From Amphiscolops sp. MND2022 (Eukaryota): a DNA stretch of 64,000 nucleotides. The notes under the pieces were generated by a model. That model saw only the letters and a program-made list of their open reading frames with translations, was not told where the DNA came from and ran no database searches. This document shows positions 46,330 to 58,773 of the stretch, piece after piece. The stretch is from positions 23,498,001 through 23,562,000 of the forward strand of contig OZ076414.1 in NCBI GenBank assembly GCA_964187785.1, read 5' to 3'. The position numbers were made by a program, and so were the translations under genes. Every line of letters starts with the position of its first letter. The first letter of the stretch is position 1.

Positions 46330-46733
46330 AAGGAGCATACATTTTTTTTCAACTTCTGATTTTAGCGCGTCTTCTTTCACAGTTTTTATTGCTATTGTGT
46401 TTGTTCCAAAAGAAAAGTAAGCTCTACCGCAAAAGAAACTAAATTTGTGAGAAAATGGCGCGGCGACAGGGGCCCACGAAACAAAATTGAAACTCCGAAA
46501 ATCAGTCCTCTCAAATTTCATTTCTCTGGTATGTGCAGTAGGGGAGATATTTTCGATATGCAAAAATGCCAATGTTCACTAGGGTTAAAAAATGAAACTT
46601 TTATGAACTTTTGGCGTCATTTTGGTCAATATCGAAAGAAAAATAAAATATCTGAAATACATATGATACGAGCCCAATTTTATGTCAGTAGAATTCCTGT
46701 ATAGAAGATACAAATTATAATGGATTGATTTAC

Positions 46734-46906
46734 CGAACTTGTTCCCAAGTGAGTTTAGCACGTATTTCATCAGGTGTACGATTGCGTACAAGCACAAAGC
46801 GGGAGCCAGATGACCTCATCTGTTTGACTTTTTCGGCAATTTCTGCATTCGCGCATCTGTCAATTTTAGTCAGGACAAAAATTGTCCGTCTTTGCTCCGG
46901 GTCCAC
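46734..46906 (-). CDS. Mx/dynamin-like GTPase exon containing the G4 motif
   Basis: Acceptor ttcttccag|GTG at 46907/46906; donor CG|gtaaat at 46734/46733; 173 nt, phase 0 to 2. VDPEQRRTIFVLTKID matches dynamin-family VDP.G.RT.GV.TK.D; VRNRTPDEI follows. Confidence 0.92.
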
Positions 46907-47559
46907 CTGGAAGAAAAAGAAAAATTGATACAAAAAACAATTGCTGGAAGTTCTATTTTCTCAAACACTAGATTTAACAATAAATTTTTGAATTGAGAAT
47001 TTTCACTGACTTTTATGTGAAACAGGAAGCAGAGAGACCGCGTTTGCCGCAGTTGAAAGAAATTTCCGAGCCAAAAACTCTTCCCGAAGTACAAACTTTT
47101 CCCGAAATTCTCTATAAACTAACAAAGAACTTTTTTGGTAGTTTAAATATTTCAACTCAAAAAACCTTTTCTGTGTCCAAAACGTCACACTTGTTTTTTT
47201 TCGCGCAGTCAGACGTTTTTCGAAAAAAATTAATCGGTCAAATTGCTTATCGATTTTTTTTCAACATTTTTCTGTTCAAAAAAGATTAGACTCGAAGTAG
47301 TCTTTCCGAAACTTTCCAAACTTCTAAAAATGTAGTGGAGTTAGGGGACGATTTTAAATTACAGACTTCACCTCAATCTATCTTCACTTTTTCAAACGTT
47401 GTCTATAGTACCTATAGTACCTGTCGTTATTGTACTGAAACATACGCTACAAGTTTTGTGTAGGAAACGTTGGATTAGAAACAAGACAGTCTTCGAGAAA
47501 CTCTTCGTTGTTTTGAAAACACTAGTTACAATAATATATTTTGAGTTTCTTTGATTACA

Positions 47560-48410
47560 GAAATTAGACAGTGAGAATGAACGAAGAAAGTGTCTATGAC
47601 GACAAAGCCAGTTGGTTAATTCGCAAGATGGCAATGGCTATAGGCAGAAGTCATGATGCTATGAGTGGGGCAAAACCAGGCAGAAGGTTGAAGGTTCCAA
47701 TTTACCCGTTAGTAATATTATTTATATTGGTTACAATCTAGCACAGTCAGGCCAACCTACGGTTAAACAAGAAACAACTTCATCCGTTTCAATTACACCA
47801 GAAATGGAAGAAAATCAAAACGTCGCACCGCAGAACGTAATAACATCTCCACAAGCGATGGAAAACACAATGGGTAGACAGTTATTATCAAATGAAAACA
47901 TGGTCAGAACTGGTGACCGTATAAGTACATCAAAAATGTCTATTCCGAGCCTAGAGAAACACGACAGCTCCAGTGCAAACTTGTAGTGGCATCAACGTGT
48001 ACAATAGGTGAAGATGAAGAAAGACATCGATGTTTCACCAGTGACAAACACACGCGGAAAAACTGAAACCAACCCGCGAACAAGTGGAATCAGAAAAGGA
48101 CATATTCTTCTGGCCATTGGCGGAAACGCCATCACGGATACGACTAAAACGGCTTGAGAAAAGAACAGAGAACAGAGTTCATTGCCGTTACAGAAACTGT
48201 TCGCACTATCGAACTACACTTCACTTCGCAAGAAAAGTACAGCATACATAGGCGAGTTTTTTCGACCCGATGACAGAAAGCAGCGAATCGGCCGCACAAG
48301 TTTGAAATCGAATCCGGAAAGTAGAAACTGCGAATTTGAACAAATAACGACAGCAGAACTACTCGCCACAAACATCCTATCCTTCATCGGAAAATCAACG
48401 TGTGAGTACT
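47560..48410 (+). mobile_element. Degraded Gypsy 5' fragment (LTR end, PBS, gag) related to the 40270 element
   Basis: ...ttaca at 47735, then degenerate PBS tagcacagtcagg. MSIPSLEKHD and NCEFEQITTAELLA..LSFIGKST match LTIPTLEKQD and NCEFETVTAAELLASKFLSLIGKST of ORF 43728-46070. Left boundary approximate. Confidence 0.8.
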
Positions 48411-48422
48411 AGGTATACGGTA

Positions 48423-50570
48423 TGTTACGACTCGCGTTCGGGTTGTCATTTTGGGTTGAATTGTTTCTAACAGATCTGGTGGGGGTATAGAAACTCCTAG
48501 TTTCGTTGTCCGTTTCCTCTTCAATGTTTTCTCTTAAATTTGCTCCTGTTTTAGGTTTTAGCAGCTTTATCAACTCTTTCTGGGATTCTACGAGAAGGCT
48601 CTTAATTTCTGAGGGTATTTCTTTCTCCAAAGAAGCTCTCAAACTCTCTAAGAGAATAATTTCGATCCTGGGAGATTTTGACTTTGACGGTCCTGCCACG
48701 CTTATGTCACGCTTCTCCACTACAATTAGTGAAACTAAACCTTCACTTACACTTTTGGTACTCTTCTGTTGATTGTTCCTTCTCTTTTGGCTTCTTGTAG
48801 TTGACATCTTGAATGAAGAGGTTTAATCCGAGTTTTCAATTTCAAACTGTATTTTTCAACAAAGTTGGAAATTGGAATGAGAATTGAGAAATTGTGACAA
48901 AACTGATTTTTACAAATGAGAATGACTGAGTCCCTTGAGAATCGAAGTTCTCCATATTTATACCTTCCTAGCATCATTTGATCACGAATAAATTCCTAAT
49001 CTCCTTCGAACAATTAGTCATTTCCTGTATTTTCGATTAAAAAAGAAATTTAGATCCCAAATTTGCGTCGACATTTCGTCAAATTTTGAGACACGACAAT
49101 TTCAATCTAGTATCAGCCATCAACCATAATCATATCACTTCTTTCCGGTGTCCTTTTGTTTCCTCTCAATCAGGAAGTAGATATTACTTCAGTCTGTCAA
49201 ACCGGAATTTCCCTATTTAACTGCTTTGGTTCGTAGGAAAATCGACGCGGAGATGACGCTGACGTGAACAACTAGCGCTTGAACTTGGATTTTGACTTGA
49301 AGAAAATTATGACGAAATCTATTTTGCTTGAAATATTCGGAGATGCTAAGAGAATAGAGGGACTGGTTAACCAATGAAAGCACCTAAATTAAGGTTGGAT
49401 TACTATGCGCAATCTTTACATCTGAATTAACACAAGTAATGTAATTATAGCTCAACGTGTCAGCGACGTCAGACTAGATGAACAAAACTGAAACACTAAA
49501 CAATAACATCAACTCCAAGTGATAAAATAGCGGAATAAAACTTGCAATGCATAGTTGGAACGGCATTAAAGCATGAACTTAGCAATGAGATACAAATGCA
49601 GTATTTGGAAAAACATAGCTCCATTGTCGAAAAATTATTTTCCTTGAATTACAACGTTTGATTTGCCAAATACGTTGAAAAAGCAACAATTCGTACAAAA
49701 TAATATCAAAGGTTTACAGTGAGCAGTATAAGTATCCGTGTTAAGTCTCTTGGAATAAACTGTGACTTTCGTCTCGAAGAATGTGGAAAAGTTTTGACTA
49801 TATTAATTCGTAACGCGAATACCTAAATTGGCGATATTTTATTTGACGACAGGTAGACGCATCCTAAAACCCTTATACTCTTATTCTACTTAACTATGCG
49901 AGTCTTGAGCGCCTTCCTGGTAATAAGGTTATTAAAGCTGCATTCATTCCATTTTATAGGATGGACTAAAACAGTTATTTTGATGGATTTGCGACGTAGC
50001 GTTGACAAGTTTGCTTAACTAGTTTAGCAGATTTACTCAATTGATTCGATTCCATCAACTTGTCAACGTCATGTTGCCGAGGGTTTCTTGACAGAAGTAG
50101 GATTTTGATTCGTTTGACGCAATGCTGACAAAAATTTAAAACAATTACTAGCTAGTTGCCAAGGCCAAGACGTCATACTGGCGGAAAATTGGAATGATTT
50201 CTAATATGGCCGTTAGTACCGGCGGATAATCGGAATGATTTTTTGGTGTGCATGGACGGAGCAGTGACGTCATTTGGTATACTTCCAAAACGTGTCTGCG
50301 TCCTAGTGACGACAAATGTATAAGTATGTTTATTCTCACTGCCGCTTCGTTTACTCAGCACAATATCGTCGCTCTGAATCACACTAATTGTTGTTCAAAG
50401 CGCAATTAAGCTGCCTTTTCTTAGAAGAGGAGTAATCTTCTCAGTGTGCCATCTCAATGTAATTTGTTTCAGGTTTACATCTCAAGTTTTCAGGTGGCGA
50501 ATGTTTTTGTTCTGACGTGGCAAAAACGTCTTGCTGGAAATGGGTAAAATCATTTTGGTCGATTTATTTT
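48423..50570 (-). mobile_element. Putative long solo LTR (~2.1 kb) of the large Gypsy family, containing a gag-N-terminus-like ORF (48807-48423)
   Basis: Colinear patchy similarity to 53101-54890 (shared TGTTACGACT left end, gacgcggagatgacgctgacgtgaacaacta, ggaataaactgtgactttc, caaaaacgtcttgctggaaa-like right end). The ORF MSTTRSQKRRNNQQ...ETRSFYTPTRSVR...SRN is homologous to 53475-53101. Right boundary approximate. Confidence 0.6.
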
Positions 50571-52409
50571 CCTGTTTTAATTTTCGATTAAGATTTGCGA
50601 AACATAGACGTACATTTTATATTTCCAGTCACAGTTTATTTTAAATGCGAGTACGAATGTTTGGAGTTAATACTTACAATACCATTTGGGGAATCGCAGG
50701 CTGCTGCCGTGTCCTCTCCAATTGCTATCCTGCTGCAACTGCACCCCAGGCTGGGAGCGGGCTGTGTCACGGTATAAATGGAAAGATGACAAAAGAAACA
50801 AAAAGTTCCACAGAGAAAAAATTGCTTTTAAATGTTCAGAACGACAGAATGCATTAGTTGTGGTGGACCTGACTGGACAATGCAACACAATGTACGGCAA
50901 AAGGAAGAAAATCCACGAAATGCAGAAAAACTGGAATTTACACAAAAAATGACAATTTGGCCCGAAGATAAACCACCTTACGGAGGACGAAACAAACAGC
51001 GCGACTGTTAATTCTGGACAGCGTAGTCACGTACTTTAAGGTAGGCAAGAAAAAAAGCAATGCATTAGGGGAAGTTAAAGCGTACCCTTTTAAATTTAGA
51101 GACCAAAGAATGCGTTGGGGTGTTGGGTTGGACTGAGAGTGAGTTTGCATAATTAACTGAATCATCAGCAGTCTTTGTTGAATCAGGTATTTGTGTAGTT
51201 AAAGGTGAATCAAAATAATTCAGTTGAACTACTTGTGTTTTTAGATTTAGGAATGAACAACGTCGTCAGGTACTTTAATACAGACATTGACAACGCTGCA
51301 GTTTTACGTCTGGGAATTTTTTGACTGGTCATTGGGTATCAAATCAGAATGAGCTTCACAATTGTTTTGGTATACAAAGTATAGATAATTAAGTATTCTA
51401 GACACGTACATTTGAAGAAGAAACACAATGAATTGGTAAATATGTGAAACGTGAATGTTAATTCAAACGCTAGGTGATGGTTATATCATCCGACTGGGGT
51501 TTGAAAAATTGTGAAATCAAGTGGGTATTAGAATAAGGTTATAGGAGCATAGCATTAAGTGATAGGTAATTATCAGTATATATTTTTAGTTAAGTATTAA
51601 ACAAGGCGTCAAATTAGAATTTGTGTTTTCACTTCGGTTTGAAAAACTTGGAGTTGATATGGAAAATAAGTACCATTTTTAGAAGTATGAAACTTACCAA
51701 GAAGTCAAAGAGACGATTTTCAATTGTTCCGAAAATTTAATGGTTTTGTTTTTGTTTTGTTTCGCACCATATCAAGAGCTCCAGCAATCATGGGTTAGGT
51801 TTTGATTCGAGTTAGTTTCCATGGTGTTGGTTTTAAAGTAGACTGAAGTTAGAATCAAGTTAACGTTTTTGTATGTTAGGTAATCTTCAGAAAAAGTGCA
51901 AAAATTGATCGTTTGGAACTAGGCGTTTTCATGTTTTTCAATAAGTGTGAAAATTATTTCTTTGAAAGCAATTGTTTACCATTTTTCTAACGTGAAGCTT
52001 TTGATTGACATATATACAAGCTCTCTTGGAAGCTTTTGCATGAAACAGTTTAGAGTTTCATAGTTCTCATTTCAACGATGCGTTGCTTTTTTTTCTTCGA
52101 AAACAAAGTTCAGATTCAATTAGGAAGTTGTTTCATTAGCAATTTTGGCAGCGTGATGAGGTGTTTTGAATTTGCGAGTCATTGTTGTCCAAAATTATGC
52201 CACACTTGGCAGGTTTGTTTCCACGTTTCAGAAATTTTAATAAGAGGAGTTTTTTTCATTCGCGTGAAAGTCATCACTGAAGGTGAGTAAAGTTCTAAAC
52301 CAACTGTATGACATAAAAGTTGATAAGACCCTTGTTTAAAACTGAAATTATCCAGGAAGTCTTTCCGAAACCCCAGGTGCTTTTCTTAGGAAAGCAGTTC
52401 TTAGTTTTT

Positions 52410-52930
52410 AGTCGGCGCTGTTCTAGTGAAAAGAGCGCGACTATTACAGTAGCTGGTTTTTTTCGTCAGATCACAGACCTCATCGTGTATGTACCACTTT
52501 TTACAGACTTCACTCGTTCACGTGTACTCGTCAGTACAGTCTTTACTCGGTTTACAGTGAACCCAGCGGACACGGGTTCGAGTCCTTGCTTTAGCCAAGA
52601 CTTTTTCGAGCAATTTTTTTTGGCACTGTGCGACTTTTTTTCGATTTTTTGCCTTCAAAGGGTCCCACCTTCAAGTTTTTTTCTGATATTTTTCAGCAAA
52701 CTAAAGTGCCAAAAAGCCTTAAGGATCTCCTTTTTTATGTTTTTTGGCACAATGAGACGAAAATTTAAAAAAACTCGAACTTTTTCTTGTCTCCAAAGGT
52801 CACCTTTCAAGGTATTTGATATTTTGCAACAAACTGGATTTTGAAAAAGCAAGAAGGGTTTTTTTACAGGTTTAAAAAGTTTGCGCTTTTTGAGCCTCAT
52901 ATAAAGCGCCAACATTAGAAGTTCCCGATT
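52410..52930 (+). mobile_element. DINE-1/HINE-like element, second near-complete copy
   Basis: AGTCGGCGCT at 52410-52419 with an adjacent partial inverted repeat; shared cgactattacagt; internal GGGTTCGAGTCC; 3' agcgccaaca...gaagttcccg. Confidence 0.55.
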
Positions 52931-53100
52931 TTAAGTAGCATGTGATTGGGATAGTTTTCATCTATTGTTTATAAACAGTTGTACCGTAAGATTAAAATTG
53001 TAGTGAGATAACACAAAAAAACATAGAAAACAGTCACTATACCATTCATCTACATTTTCCAAGGAAAAGAGCAATTCAATACCGGAAGTGAAGGCTTTGT

Positions 53101-54890
53101 TGTTACGACTTTACACGGGTCGTTATTATGATTAGAGTTTATCCTTACGGATTTTGTGGGAGGATAAAAACTCCTAGTTTCGGTCTCTAGGTCGTTTTCG
53201 TCTTCATCTCTTACACTTTCTCCTGTTTTAGGTTTTAGCGGCTTCATCATCTCCTTCTGAAATTCTATCAGCAGATCTTTGATCTCAGAAGTTATTTCCT
53301 CCCTCAAAGAAGCAGGCAAACGATCGAAGACACTATTTTCAATCCTGGGGGATATAGCACTAGAAGGCACTATTGCTAGTACGTCTTGGTTTAAGAATTC
53401 CGAGTTTTCTACTACGACTGGGGAGATTAAACCCTCACTTACGTTTTCGGAGCTTTTCTGAAGGTTGTTCGTCAATTTTCAAAACACAAAGATCTTAATC
53501 TATTATTAGTCATCTAACATGATCACAACAATCCACTCCGGCGTCCTTTTTATTTCCTCCCAAGCAGGAAGTAGATTTTACTTCAGTCAGTCAAAGCGGA
53601 AATGCTTCCCTGTTTTACTACTGTGGTTCGCGGAAATTTCGACGCGGAGATGACGCTGACGTGAACAACTAAAACCAAATTTTGAATTTCATCTTGAAAA
53701 TCATTTAGCCCTAATCTTTCAAAAAAGCGTTTGGAATGATGCTAGGAAAAACAATCATCAGTACGGCTAAAAATGCAAATAATTTACAACTTCTATTTAA
53801 CAATTTACAAACCGATTAGATGGACGCCTCCAGAACGTCGATTTAGACGCAGTAACTATAACAGCAGCTTATTGAACCACATTAAACAATAATTTCAACC
53901 CTTTTAACAAACAGAACCTTTTTAAACGATCTACATTCACATTAGCAACAAACAACAAGCAAGGATTGGTGACTATTCAACAATAATAAATGTTTATTGG
54001 TGACTATAAACAATTGTTGTCTACAACGCATTTATCAAGATAATAGAAAAACTGACGACGTCGTCCAAACGTCGATTTGAAAGGATCATTGCACACCTTA
54101 AATATGAGACAGGACACAGGAGTATAAAGGTGTTAAATTATTTCCAAAGTTTAAAAATACTTTCGTCAAAAAACGCTGATGGAATAAACTGTGACTTTCA
54201 TGTGATAGTTATTGGGGAAGTTCGCATTTAACCACATTCATGACAATCATTCTTTTTCCGTCCTTATTTGACCTATTTCTTACAAAAATGAGCACAATAT
54301 TCCATTAGTGACTCTTTCCTTCATTTCCTGGTAGAAGAAGTACACCCAAACACAAAACTGGACTTAAAAATGCTGAGGCATTCTCCTTAGAGAACTTACT
54401 CTTGGCTTACTGTTGAACAGAGCGTCTAATTCGATGAATAGTGGACGTTGCGTGGACGTAAATTGATGCTGGACCTTTACAGCTATTAGTATGGACTGAG
54501 ATTGGACGTATATTCAGAGCTAGCTTTGACTGCTAAGCTGTGACGTCATTAGGACGTAAATAAGAATTTGCTAGTTAGCTGCTACGAGGCTATGACGTCA
54601 TAGACAAATTTTAATACTGTCGACGTAGCTTTATTTGTTTACTTAACAACGTATAATTGTCCTATCGGGCATTATTTGCTGTTCAAAGTGCAATTCAGTT
54701 GTCTTTCTCAGAATAAGCGTAATACTTTGTTCTTTTGACTTCAAATGTAGTTTTTGTTTTAGATTTAGCTATGATCTCTGCAATCGCTCACTTCAAGTAA
54801 GATTACAGGTAGGGAATGAAGTTGGGTTTGGCGCGGCTTCAACGTCTTACAGGAAATATGTGAAACTATTTTAGTTCGTTTACTAGTCAC
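53101..54890 (-). repeat. Putative long 3' LTR of the large Gypsy, including ORF 53475-53101
   Basis: Homologous to 48423-50570 and in part to 63813-64000; ends ...GTCGTAACA at 53101. The right boundary is inferred from loss of similarity near 54880-54890. Confidence 0.55.
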
Positions 54891-54914
54891 ACTTTATTCT
54901 TGGCTAATATAAGT

Positions 54915-55631
54915 TTAAAACCCAAAGTACCTTTTTGCTAGTTTTGCTGTACAGCCATGTCCTCGGCCATAACCGACTCTTTTACATATGGATTCCAGTC
55001 CGGGAGCGGACTGTGACAGGGCCACTGTCATGAGTCGTGCAGCTCTCCCGGGTTGTCGAAATTGAAAAGGATGATGTGGAATGTAGTCGCAGTTGTTTTC
55101 TGCTCTGCTTTTCGTTGAAGTCTTTTTTACGGTTCTTATCGCTTCTAAATTGTTCACCGGACTTGCTGGCTGCAAATTCACTCTCCTTAGAGGTCCTTGA
55201 GGGGTGACGAAGTACGAGTTCGCGTCCTCACGAGCGACCTGTTCCAAATAGTTCGCAAGAACCACATTAGTTACTGATTGCTGGCTTGGCTGTCTATGGC
55301 TCTCAACTATGAATATTCCAGAGTTTGTGAAATTGTTCATGTCATCTTCCTTAGGCTGTTCAACAGGGCTCTCCGGGCTTTCGATGATTTCGCTGTTTTC
55401 GTAATTTATGGAAGAGACTTGATACTCTCCCGATTCTCCTGTCTCAAAGCTGTTGCTTGATCTGAGTCGCGTGCAGTCCGTCTCCAGAGAGTCTAAGGAC
55501 GAATCAAAGTCCTTCTTATGGTCGGCGATGGCAACAACCGAAGAATGAGATGTCTCCAGAACCACTTGCTGAACTCCGAGGGAGCGGCGTTGAAGCTCTT
55601 TCGGACATTTTTCGTTTTCTCTCTCTCTCAC
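54915..55631 (-). CDS. Uncharacterised 238-aa accessory ORF of the large Gypsy (sense, env-like position, but no signal peptide or TM helix seen)
   Basis: Uninterrupted ORF ending ~25 bp before the inferred 3' LTR; S/E-rich low-complexity N-terminus and a basic Cys/His-containing C-terminus (CDYIPHHPFQF...CKRVGYGRGHGC). Confidence 0.55.
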   Translation of the reverse strand: MRERENEKCPKELQRRSLGVQQVVLETSHSSVVAIADHKKDFDSSLDSLETDCTRLRSSNSFETGESGEYQVSSINYENSEIIESPESPVEQPKEDDMNNFTNSGIFIVESHRQPSQQSVTNVVLANYLEQVAREDANSYFVTPQGPLRRVNLQPASPVNNLEAIRTVKKTSTKSRAENNCDYIPHHPFQFRQPGRAARLMTVALSQSAPGLESICKRVGYGRGHGCTAKLAKRYFGF

Positions 55632-55987
55632 GAGAGGTCGATCGATTCGTAAATAAACTTGAAACTGCCCAGCTTTACACTGTAGTTTACTATTGATGGG
55701 TAAGAGTTTCTTCTGCAGCTAATTTTTGTCGTTGATTGTTTCATTATGAATTTGGGGTTATTGAGGATAAAAGAAATTATTGGGATAAATCTCTTCTTTT
55801 TGATTGGTTAACAATCTTTTTTTCCTTTTTAATCCCAGGTGTTGACGTTATGCCAACGTCGTACTTTATTGACTGTGAATTAAATAATCCAAATAACCAA
55901 GAGTGTCAACGATTTACTGATGCCAATTTTCATAGAGTTAGCTAACTTTATTTGTCAACGTTTTGATGACGTCAATTTTGATAACGT

Positions 55988-58773
55988 TTGCTAACCTCAT
56001 TCTCATTGGTTGTTTCTGTGGTTGATGTTGTTCCTGTTTCCGACGCTGATACGCCCGGCCTCGAAGTCCCTGTTTTTCCTCCTTGCTCTTCGCAGGATGA
56101 TTTGGATGTGCCTTTCTCAAGATTCTTGGCTCATTTGGCTCCTGCTGGCGATTGCTCGACTCACGGAGACGAGGACGTCTGCCCCCAGCAAGAAGAGGCG
56201 AAGGACGTGAAACAAAAGACGACTCCAGATGTTGGCGATTGATTGTACGATGATGTTTGGGTTGAGTATTTTGTTTCTGTCGTAGAGTTTGAAGAGTTGG
56301 TGACTCGTGTGGAGGCAAGTCTTCAGAGTGCTAGCCCCTTGCGTCGGTGCACATGGTTACAAAGTTCACGAAGTCGACTCCGTCGCGATTTGGTCAAGGG
56401 CCATCCTGTGTTTAAGTTTTCCTGAATGGATCTAGCTCTGGAGTTGAAACTGCCTTCTTCTGTACCATCTGTCAACATAACGTATCCATCGCAGCGAAGG
56501 GCGTGCGGGAATTTAGTCGTCACTTTTCAATTGACAAACAATGGCTTCTTGCTGTCACAGCGCCTTCATCAGGGGTTGTAAGTCTATAACAATCTCTTGG
56601 ACCCGATGGAATTGAGTGAGACACAGACGCGTGACTACCTGTCTCGACCATTTAAAACTAGACCCGAATGTTTCAGTTTTCCAGAGGATTGGTTGCCGTT
56701 ATGCACCTGCAAGTCTGCCATTACTGAGTATTGTAAACTGCCCGGTCGAGTTACTCCTGAGTGGTGGAAGCTACCATCTGCTACGGAATATGTGGGGTCA
56801 TTTCCGAGCGACTATGGGTTCAGAGAATCCTCTATACAATCTGACGTGGAGCCGTGGAGAATCTTAGGTAAGCTCATATATTTATCTTGTTTGGGTAAAT
56901 TCAGTAGTGGTGTTTGTTATTTATCGAAATGCGTTCGTAGTTTCCGATATAACTCATCATGCATGTGTATGTGTTTCAGTGGTTGTTGTGCCACGCTCTG
57001 TTTCCCCTAGTTCTCCGTTCCTTGGTTGCTCGTATTGGTGAGTTCAAGTGCTACAGTCTGGTCTTTGTGGATTGGACCAGTGCCTAGTGTGAACTTGGGA
57101 CAAGAATAGTTTGCTGGTGGTGTGTGTGAATGTGCCGTCGCTTGGCCAACGTGTTCCCTTAGCAGAAGTGATTTCGCTATGATGTCTTTTCTGTAGTGTT
57201 CCTGGCGGCCAGTTGTCGTTGTCTGTTGACAGGGCCAGTCCGTCGTTGTTGCGGATGCTCAGCGACAGTTGAAAAGATGGTCATCAATTTGTCTTGAGCC
57301 GCAATTTCTCTGAAGAACTCTTCTTCACTTGCTACCGTCAGGCTGATCAAGAAGTGCTGGGAATGTTGGAGGTGACCACGATGATCGATTATTTGATGCT
57401 TCGCTTGAGGGGGGCCTTGCAAGAACCATGGCTTGCAGATGCTACTATGCTACGTCGATGTGTTGTTGCCGGACGTGTGACTTTTACACTGGATTTGATC
57501 TTTTACATCTGGATTTGATTCCTGCGTGGAACTCTGTGCGGAAGTTTGTTCGTTTTTCTGGCCCACGCCACATCACGACTGATATGGTTAGTGTTATTGT
57601 CGCAATGCCTTCTTTATATCTTGATCTTCATTACGATATATGCCGCAACGAACTAGCAAGATCTTGCTAGTTAGTTGCGGCATATGTATCGTAATGTTGT
57701 TTCTTTTTTAAGCTAGTATGACGTTGTGTTGTGTATTTCAGATGCAAGGTACGGACAGTCAGGTGTATTTTGATAATACGAATCGTCTGCGACTGGGTCT
57801 TCTTGTCCACGTGCTGGATTTTTGTAAGTGGACGTACTCTTGCTGTCGTATCTTGTTGTTACGGGGTAAGTGTTGTATGCAAGTGTTGTTTAGATTGTTG
57901 TAATTTCAAGAAGCAAATTTCGAGGCTTGAGGTTTTCGGCTTCCATTGTTATATGGAAATTTGCCAATTTGTTTGCTGCTTGCTTTCTCGCACTCGTCAT
58001 TTGTCTGATTTGCCTGAGATGCATGATTGGGAGGCTTATATGGACATGTCAAAGATTGAGTCTTTCAAGAAGATCGACGCTGCTGACTTTCTGTTGATTT
58101 TGGTCAGGAGCTGCAGCGACGTACAACTGGCGGGATGCGCAAGAATTTCGATATCGATGCCGGAAATTTTCACACCGTTTTGTCCTTCTGGGAACCAATC
58201 TTTTGTCTTTGTATTTCCTGAAAGGTGTGTATGCGTTATGTCCCGAACTTCTGCTGGAGGGTGATGATCGCTCTATCTTTCGCCTGTTCAGTAAATTGGT
58301 GCGAGTCCATACCATGGAGTGTGGTTCGAGATGCTCTCGCTTGTGCTCGGGAGTTTATGTTATCTGCTTCTGATTTCGATCCCTGGAGTCGCATCTGTGT
58401 GGATGATCCGGCGGCGATCGTTAAACGTTACGTGGATTTGTTTGAGGCCCACATGGCTCGGAGAAAAGAGGAGTCCTACCAGCGATTTCGAGTTTCCAAT
58501 CAGCGGGTACGTAGCACTGCGTCTGTGGTTGGTCGTGGCTGTTCATATTCTGTTTCAGTTAGGTTAGTGATACGCTTAACAGGCGCCCTACTTTTCTTTG
58601 GAGAGTTGTTGGAGGTAGTTCCGCGAAGGCGCCTGTTAAGCGGCCTTCACAGCAAACATCCAAGTCTACCAGTGATGCAGTGTCGTCAGCAAAGAGAGGA
58701 AAAAGAAACCGAAGAACAGATCCAGCCGAGCTTCAAGTTCGAAGAAGTAATGGATTGTTTGCTATTATGTTGA
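55988..58773 (+). pseudogene. Cluster of antisense ORFs of unknown function inside the large Gypsy
   Basis: 55988-56242 and 56243-56425 are one frame with a single stop; further ORFs at 56597-57010, 57294-57670 (frameshifted) and 57731-58773 (frameshifted); protein-like composition. Confidence 0.55.

Noticed and set aside
50673-51050. Exon-like minus-strand segments as the missing Mx G1-G3 exons
   Set aside because: Splice-like sites exist, but translations lack GxxxxGKS, DLPG or any dynamin-like sequence.
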